From positions 1,054,001-1,118,000 of the forward strand of contig NIVC01000001.1 in the NCBI GenBank assembly GCA_002269645.1: 64,000 nt of DNA, given 5' to 3'. Below, piece by piece: positions 56,501 to 64,000 of this stretch. The stretch's first letter is position 1, and each line of letters opens with the position of its first letter. This DNA comes from Macrostomum lignano (Eukaryota). The notes beneath the pieces are model-generated. The model was not told where the DNA came from. It searched no databases and saw only the letters and a program-made list of their open reading frames with translations. The translations under genes were made by a program, and so were the position numbers.

Positions 56501-56894
56501 ACCCTTCCTTCCGCCCAACCTGTCTTCTTCCACTCAGCTCTTTCTGTACCTGAAATTTATTACAATCTGTCCTTCAGCCGACGTCTAAGAGGCAGCTCTT
56601 GAACTGGAGCCGCCATGCTCTTGAATAATCTCATCTCTTCTCCGTTGCTTCAATCGTTAATTAAGAGGGCTATCCGGTATTAATAATCTGATATCCCGAA
56701 GAAGATTTCCCTTTTGGCCAGCTGGCGAATTCGAATTCTCTTTGTCTTGATTGGCTGCTCGCAGGAACGGCTGGCGGGCGGCAGACCCCTCCCCTCAGCC
56801 TCCTCATGGGGAATTTAAACCGCCTCTGTCATCAAGCCGTCCCCCGCCTGCAGGTATCTTGCTTCCCATCGGTCTGACAGTTGAGCATCCTAAA

Positions 56895-59523
56895 ATGCAT
56901 CTGGAAGTCTATGAGCAGTCTCTCTACTCAGACTACGCCGCCTACAGGGCCCACAAGTGGCTCCTGTTCACAGCGCCGCCCGTCATCCTTCTACTCGGCA
57001 CCGTCGGCAACCTGCTCAGCGTCTGCGGCCTCTGGGGCGGCGCTGGTGGCGGCCGGACCGGCAGCACCTTCGCCTACCTGATCCTACTGGCCTGCGCCGA
57101 CCAGCTCACCCTCGTGGTCGGCCTGCTCCGTCGGTGGCTTCAGCAGGCGCGCGGCTGGCAGACCGAGACATTCAGCGACACCGCCTGCGCGGCCACCCAC
57201 ACTCTGCTGACCGCCGCCTCCTACGCCTCGGTGCTGAGCCTGACGGCTGTCACTCTGGAACGGGCGGCCATCGTCTGGCCCTGGCCGCGCGTGCGGGCCG
57301 GCCTGGCGCGCAGTCGGATCTGTGTGCCGGCGCTGCTGCTCACCTGCCTGGCGCTCAGCAGCCACTGGCCGGTGCTGCTCCGGCTGCGCCGGGACCCGCT
57401 AGCGCCCCCTGCGACAAACGCCAGCAATGCCACCGCCTCGACGGCCGATGCTGACGCCGGCGAGGGCGACCTTCGCTGCGACGTCGACGACGAAGTTGGA
57501 GCCGGTTGGCTTCGCTCGCTGCTGGCCTGGCTGGACCTGACGCTGTACTCGCTGCTGCCGCTGACCGCCATGCTGGCCTGCAACTGCATCATCCTGTGCC
57601 GCCTGCGGCGCTCCAAGCGCCTGCGCTACGGATCGATGGCTATGAGGGCCTCCCAGGCCGAGGATAGGAGGGCCGCAGGTGAGCAGCTTCTTCTACCCCC
57701 CCCCCCTGACAGGCTTTGACTGACTGTCTGATACAGGCTCTGACTGTCTGATACAGGCTCTGACTGTCTGATACAGGCTCTGACTGTCTGATACAGGCTT
57801 TGACTGACTGATACAGGCTTTGACTGTCTGATACAGGCTCTGACTGTCTGATACAGGCTTTGACTGACTATCTGATACAGGCTTTGACTGACTGTCTGAT
57901 ACAGGCTTTTACTGTCTGATACAGGCTTTTACTGTCTGATACAGGCTCTGACTGGCAGGCTGTGGCTGACAGTTCTATTGACTGTCTGTTTCTAGATTCT
58001 AAGCTGAACGTATCCGGGGACCTTCATCTGAGAAACCTAAAGAAACAAAAAATCCAAACAGTGGATTAAATTTTAATTCTTTTATTTTCAATTTTCCCGA
58101 TTGAAAAAACTCCAAATCCCCAAGCTTGCATCCTGTTTCCCAAATTTCCCAGTTGCCCAAGTCCGCCTTGCCGGCCTGCACGGCTTCTCCGCCCTCTCCA
58201 ACAACATCGTACACAACAATGTCAGCGCCAATCCCCACGCCAAGAGCAGCAACGCCGTGCCGCTGCTGTCAGCGCCGGTGCCCCGGTCTGGCGGCGAAGC
58301 TTCGCTGCACAGCGGGCGTCGGCAGTACGAGAAGAGCGTGAGACAGGTGCGCGTTTGTGGGGCTTCGGTGACTAGGGGACCGTCTTCCATTGTAGAGGGC
58401 ATCTCGCTCCGTTTCACTCCTCAACCAAGATTAGTTATTTCTCCCTTTGTATTGTTGCAGCCTCTGTCCTTCCTTGGACTCCCTGTCCTTAAACTATACA
58501 TCCCTTTCCCTGATGCTCTATCGCTCCACTTTTACAGCCACCTCACTCCGCGACCTTGAATTATGCATCCCTTTCCCCTCATGCTCTATCGCTCTCACTT
58601 TTACAGCCACCTCACTCCGCGACCTTGAATTATGCATCCCTTTCCCCTCATGCTCTATCGCTCTCACTTTTACAACCACCTCACTCCGCGACCTTGAATT
58701 ATACATCCCTTTCCCCTCATGCTCTATCGCTCTCACTTTTACAGCCACCTCACTCCGCGACCTTGAATTATGCATCCCTTTCCCCTCATGCTCTATCGCT
58801 CTCACTTTTACAGCCACCTCACTCCGCGACCTTGAATTATGCAACCCTTTCCCCTCATGCTCTATCGCTCTCACTTTTACAGCCACCTCACTCCGCGACC
58901 TTGAATTATGCATCCCTTTCCCCTCATGCTCTATCGCTCTCACTTTTACAGCCACCTCACTCCGCGACCTTGAATTATGCATCCCTTTCCCCTCATGCTC
59001 TATTGCTCTCACTTTTACAGCCACCTCACTCCGCGACCTTGAATTATACATCCCTTTCTCCTCATGCTCTATTGCTCTCACTTTTACAGCCACCTCACTG
59101 AGCGACCTGAAGTATCCGTTTTAGATACGATCATATTTGTTCACTCTAGATATATTTTCATTTGTTTTATTGTTTCACCATTGACATCATACCAGAGTAC
59201 TGTGTAAAAATTTATCAAATATCGATTTGAAACAGGTGACGCTGATGCTGCTGCTAGTGTCCGGCCTATTTCTCTGCACCTGCCTGCCGATCACGCTGTT
59301 CAAGCTGATAATGGCCACCTCGCCTGTTGTCCAGTCCGATCCGGCTGCATACTCTCGCGTCCGCTTGGCCGAGACCTGCGTCCGGCTGCTGATGTACTGC
59401 AACCACGCGGCCAATTTTTATCTCTACTGCCTGGTTGGCAGGCGGTTTCGCAGAAATCTGCGCCGCCGATGGCGCAATCTGCGCAAATTCTTTGCCGATA
59501 GAGTCTGCGGCAACCGGTTTTAG
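56895..59523 (+). CDS. Rhodopsin-family (class A) peptide GPCR, FMRFamide-receptor-like
   Basis: Exons 56895-57678, 58153-58346, 59236-59523, phase-consistent. TM1 PPVILLLGTVGNLLS, TM2 LILLACADQL, TM3 VTLERAAIV, TM5 YSLLPLTAMLACNCII, TM6 LFLCTCLP, TM7 YCNHAANFYLYCLVGRRFR. Confidence 0.9.
57705..57960. repeat. 20-bp minisatellite in GPCR intron 1 (TGACTGTCTGATACAGGCTC)
   Basis: Directly visible. Confidence 0.93.
58495..59112. repeat. 69-bp minisatellite in GPCR intron 2 (~9 copies)
   Basis: Each unit contains CTCTCACTTTTACAG. Confidence 0.95.
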
Positions 59524-60729
59524 TATATCGTACATAGTAGAGGCATGGACTTCTAACTAAAACTAGCGCCTGGACTAGAAGCGCTCTACGACAAATTATC
59601 CCTGCTTCTCTTGAAGTTGTTGTCATGCACAATACATGCTCTGTGCTTCTTTGTGTCGCTTATCATTCCTGTTGGTGTCCTGTGACTGCATGCTTCTGCT
59701 ATGCTTTCTGAAGATGAAACTGGAATTGACGCCAGTCAATCTGCACCTTTTAAGATGGATTTAGACGCAGGGCTTGGTCGGTTCCCGATATTGCGCCAGA
59801 ACTAATTAGGGGCTCGAGCTTATCTTCACTGCATGAGCTTCATCGCGCGGACTACTCACGCAGCTACTGGCTTCTATTATACTATTATAGTCATACCATT
59901 GATATGACAGACAGATAGTGAAACAAGGAGCTAATAATTCAAAATGGAATTGTTTCTCCAAATAAAAGAACATTTGTGGCTATCAGTGCGTGAATCCTCT
60001 CGCTATTATGTCTGTTGTCTCTCACTTGTTCTGCATGTCATGGGTGGTCAAACCCCGCAAAACTGGATTCCAGTCGTCTGTTAAACATGCTTACTGTCAG
60101 CAAAAACATGTTTTCTTGTTCGATGTGGCTTTACTCTGTTGTTTATAAAAATATTTAGTTAAACAAATAAATAGAAATTTTAACGATCGGTTTTGTCTTA
60201 CTGCTTCGTATATTTGAAAGTGTCAACGGCTCTATAATTTTTTTTACGGAACTCAACGATTAAAGTAAGACAGCGTTCTTCCCTTTTGTTGGAAGTTCCG
60301 TCTGAACCACGGTAGAACGTATGCTCGTATAATATTCACACTTCAATGTCGGGGTGAGCAGACCAGAAGGTGAACGCCCCACGACCCCTGATTGATTCTG
60401 TGTGCGACCATATGCATTGGGCAGAAGAATGTCTAAGAAGGTCTTTTTATCAAAGTTCATGCACTGGGATCACTCCACGTCCAGGTACTTGGTCAGTTGA
60501 TCTGAGCCACCATTTGCCAATGAAAATAGCCTAGATTCACCCAGTCTGGCTTCCTGAGACCGGATATTCTATTTCCCTGATAATTAGTCCTACATGTACT
60601 TTTATCGCAGTCGGAAATTATTGTGAAGAAATCTTGAGGTTAAAAAACGGGAAATTAAAAAAAACAAGCAAATAAAATTTCCTTTTTTGAGGCAAGTACA
60701 AGAGAAGACTCTAAAAGATGAAGCCAGCA

Positions 60730-61692
60730 GATTGAGATTAAGCCCACACATTGAGATCAAACTCACATTGAGATCAAGCCCACACATTGAGATCAAACTC
60801 ACATTGAGATCAAGCTCACATTGAGATCAAGCCCACACATTGAGATCAAATTCACATTGAGATCAAGCCCACACATTGAGATCAAATTCACATTGAGATC
60901 AAGCCCACATTGAGATCAAATTCACATTGAGATCAAGCCCACACATTGAGATCCAGCTCACATTGAGATCAAGCCCACACATTGAGATCAAGTTCACATT
61001 GAGATCAAATTCACATTGAGATCAAGCTCACATTGAGATCAAACTCACATTGAGATCAAATTCACATTGAGATCCAGCTCACATTGAGATCAAGCTCACA
61101 TTAAGATCAAGTTCACATTGAGATCAAGCTCACATTGAGATCAAACTCACATTGAGATCAAATTCACATTGAGATCCAGCTCACATTGAGATCAAGCTCA
61201 CATTAAGATCAAGTTCACATTGAGATCAAGCTCACATTGAGATCAAACTCACATTGAGATCAAACTCACATTGAGATCAAGCTCACATTGAGATAAAGTT
61301 CACATTGAGATCAAACTCACATTGAGATCAAACTCACATTGAGATCAAGCTCACATTGAGATCAAGCTCACATTGAGATCAAGCTCACATTGAGATCAAG
61401 CTCACATTGAGATCAAGCTCATATTGAGATCAAGCTCACATTGAGATCAATCAAGCTCACATTGAGATCAAGCTCACACATTGAGATCCAGCTCACATTG
61501 AGATCAATCAAGCTCACATTGAGATCAAGCTCACATTAAGATCAAGTTCACATTGAGATCAAGCTCACACATTGAGATCAAGCTCACATTGAGATCAAAC
61601 TCACATTGAGATCCAGCTCACATTGAGATCCAGCTCACATTGAGATCAAGCTCACATTGAGATCAAGCTCACATTGAGATCAAGCTCACATG
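60730..61692. repeat. 17/19-bp minisatellite (TCACATTGAGATCAAGC)
   Basis: Directly visible. Confidence 0.95.
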
Positions 61693-62288
61693 TTTGTCTT
61701 TACAAAATGAGGAGACTATATCATGGAATTAGGCGTAGTCTTCAGTGCTGCCAGACAAATTTTGTTGGTAACTTTCCAGTAAATTAAGGCTAAGTGGGAC
61801 TTTTTAAGTGAAGCCAGTGGAGATTTTAAGACAGTGAAGACAAAATGACTTAATATTAGCAGCTAAGCTGCTCACAGAGAAGCGGCTGAGCAGCTCTCTC
61901 GGGTTTCCGGCGCTGTCTGAAATTCACAGATTCGCCCCTAATTCCCCAGAGGTCTGGGAAATTAATTATTAATCCTTTTTCAGGGCACGCGTCTTGCTGC
62001 AGTCAATTCTGCTTAACCTCCCGACGTGACTGAGGGCTTCAGTCTGAGAAGAGGACGCGGGATTTCAATTAAATTATTCCAACCCAGTGGCGCGTCTGAC
62101 ACGACTCGGTCACTAGTGTTGTAACGGCTTTGCTAATCTTGATAACCTTGCTTCGCTTCTTTGTGTTGCATTTTTTCCATTTCATTAACACCAAAGAAGA
62201 CAATCACCATACGGTTCGAGGTCACATAGTATCGCGGCGTAATTGAGCTATACGAGCTATAATCTCCACTGCTCGATAGAAGCGGAAA

Positions 62289-62580
62289 GGGGTTGTAGCC
62301 TAGTCGTTAGAGCGTCGGACTCACGACTGAAAGGTCGGGGGTTCGATTCCCGATCCCACTTGAACAATTTGTGTCCTTGAGCAAGACACTTAGCTCTGCA
62401 TTGCTTCAGTTCACCCAGCTGTAAAATGGGTGCCAGCATTAGCTGGGGTAACTGAGGGTATGTGTGGCGACCCTCCAGTCCTTGGACTGAACAGCCGTAC
62501 GCAGCCTTCAGATGCGCCGCGCAATAGCTGCGGCTGAGCTGTCGGTTGCACATCTTCCGTGGATTATTATATATTAATTA
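62289..62580 (+). mobile_element. CORE-type SINE copy 4 (most complete)
   Basis: tRNA-like head with A and B boxes, CORE-like segment, 3' body and AT-rich tail. Confidence 0.88.
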
Positions 62581-62669
62581 TTTTATTTTATAATACCTGT
62601 GAGAGCAGGCGTAATCAATCATGAGCCTATAATTATTATTATCATTTATAGAAGCGGGGAAAGTCAAGC

Positions 62670-63118
62670 CTCAGTGCTTGAGAATCCGCCTCTCCGCTCC
62701 CCTCAGTGCATGAGAATCCGCCTCTCCGCTCCCCTCAGTGCATGAGAATCCGCCTCTCCGTTCCCCTCAGTGCATGAGAATCCGCCTCTCCGCTCCCCTC
62801 AGTGCATGAGAATCCGCCTCTCCGCTCCCCTCAGTGCATGAGAATCCGCCTCTCCGTTCCCCTCAGTGCATGAGAATCCGCCTCTCCGTTCCCCTCAGTG
62901 TATGAGAATCCGCCTCTCCGCTCCCCTCAGTGCTTGAGAATCTGCCTCTCCGCTCCCCATCGGTGCTTGAGAATCTGCCTCTCCGCTCCCTCAGTGCATG
63001 AGAATCTGCCTCTCCGCTCCCATCAGTCCTTGAGAATCTGCCTCTCCGCTCCCTCAGTGCATGAGAATCTGCCTCTCCGCTCCCATCAGTCCTTGAGAAT
63101 CTGCCTCTCCGCTCCCTA
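62670..63118. repeat. ~32-bp minisatellite (CCTCAGTGCATGAGAATCCGCCTCTCCGCTCC)
   Basis: Directly visible. Confidence 0.93.
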
Positions 63119-63510
63119 AATTTCAAGTAATTTTGGATGCAACCACAATTACCTCAACGATGCCTATATCGCGGCACCAGCTCAACTCAAGCGTGGAGAG
63201 CCAGCTGCATGTTTCTGCTCAATCAAAGTGATTTCGAAATTTCAGTGAAACACCTGATGCAGCCACGCACGCAAATGTTTTGGGCTCAACAGATTTACTG
63301 TGCACTGGCGCATCAAATCTAAACGGTGTCAACACCTGAGCATTCTCGATTTAACAAGCTGCACTAAAAGAAGTATAAAATGTGCTTAGAGTTTATAAAA
63401 AGACTATATACAAATATGATTATTTATAGTATCATATTTGTTACTATTTATCTATTTTAAAGAAACTGCCAATTTGACTGACGCAAAAAGGATAAAAAAA
63501 TAGAACTGAT

Positions 63511-64000
63511 TCAGGAGCTGTAATCCATTGACTGGATTCTGCAGGAGCTGTAATCCATTGACTGGATTCTGCAGGAGCTGTAATCCATTGACTGGATTCT
63601 ACAGGAGCTGTAATCCATTGACTGGATTCTGCAGGAGCTGTAATCTATTGGCTGGAATCTGCAGGAGCTGTAATCCATTGACTGGATTCTGCAGTAGCTG
63701 TAATCCATTGACTGGATTCTACAGGAGCTGTAATCCATTGACTGGATTCTGCAGTAGCTGTAATCCATTGACTGGATTCTACAGGAGCTGTAATCCATTG
63801 ACTGGATTCTGCAGTAGCTGTAATCCATTGACTGGATTCTGCAGTAGCTGTAATCCATTGACTGGATTCTGCAGGAGCTGTAATCTATTGACTGGATTCT
63901 GCAGGAGCTGTAATCCATTGACTGGATTCTGCAGGAGCTGTAATCTATTGACTGGAATCTGCAGTGACTGGAATCTGCAGTAGCTGTAATCCATTGACTG
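63511..64000. repeat. 30-bp minisatellite (GCAGGAGCTGTAATCCATTGACTGGATTCT), runs off the window
   Basis: Directly visible. Confidence 0.95.

Noticed and set aside
60260-60460. Minus-strand ORF with FLDILL (Penelope RT-like or cytidine-deaminase-like tail)
   Set aside because: Only a few residues match, there is an in-frame stop just upstream, and no supporting motifs are present.

Overview
Eukaryotic (animal) genomic DNA with GC-rich exons, AT-rich intergenic DNA and minisatellite-packed introns. This style suggests the free-living flatworm Macrostomum, but that is an inference. I reconstructed five spliced protein-coding genes by hand, all on the + strand with phase-consistent splice junctions: a KIAA0319/KIAA0319L-like PKD-repeat receptor (3463-12184), a gp130/Domeless-like tall cytokine-receptor-like protein (17068-23965, 5' end not found), a cationic amino acid transporter (29905-33614), an EF-hand nicotinamidase with a GC-AG intron (37370-41751) and a rhodopsin-family peptide GPCR (56895-59523). 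There is also a small secreted Cys-rich ORF (2317-2727). Mobile DNA includes a Merlin/IS1595-like element with TIRs and an 8-bp TSD, a Mutator/foldback-like MITE with a 9-bp TSD, four copies of a tRNA-derived CORE-type SINE and an RTE-like LINE fragment. About 30 unrelated tandem arrays occur, including an ~8.5-kb 33-bp satellite with higher-order structure. Most long ORFs in the supplied track are repeat artefacts. The best leads are the cytokine-receptor-like gene and the intron-specific minisatellites, several of which amplify splice-site sequences.
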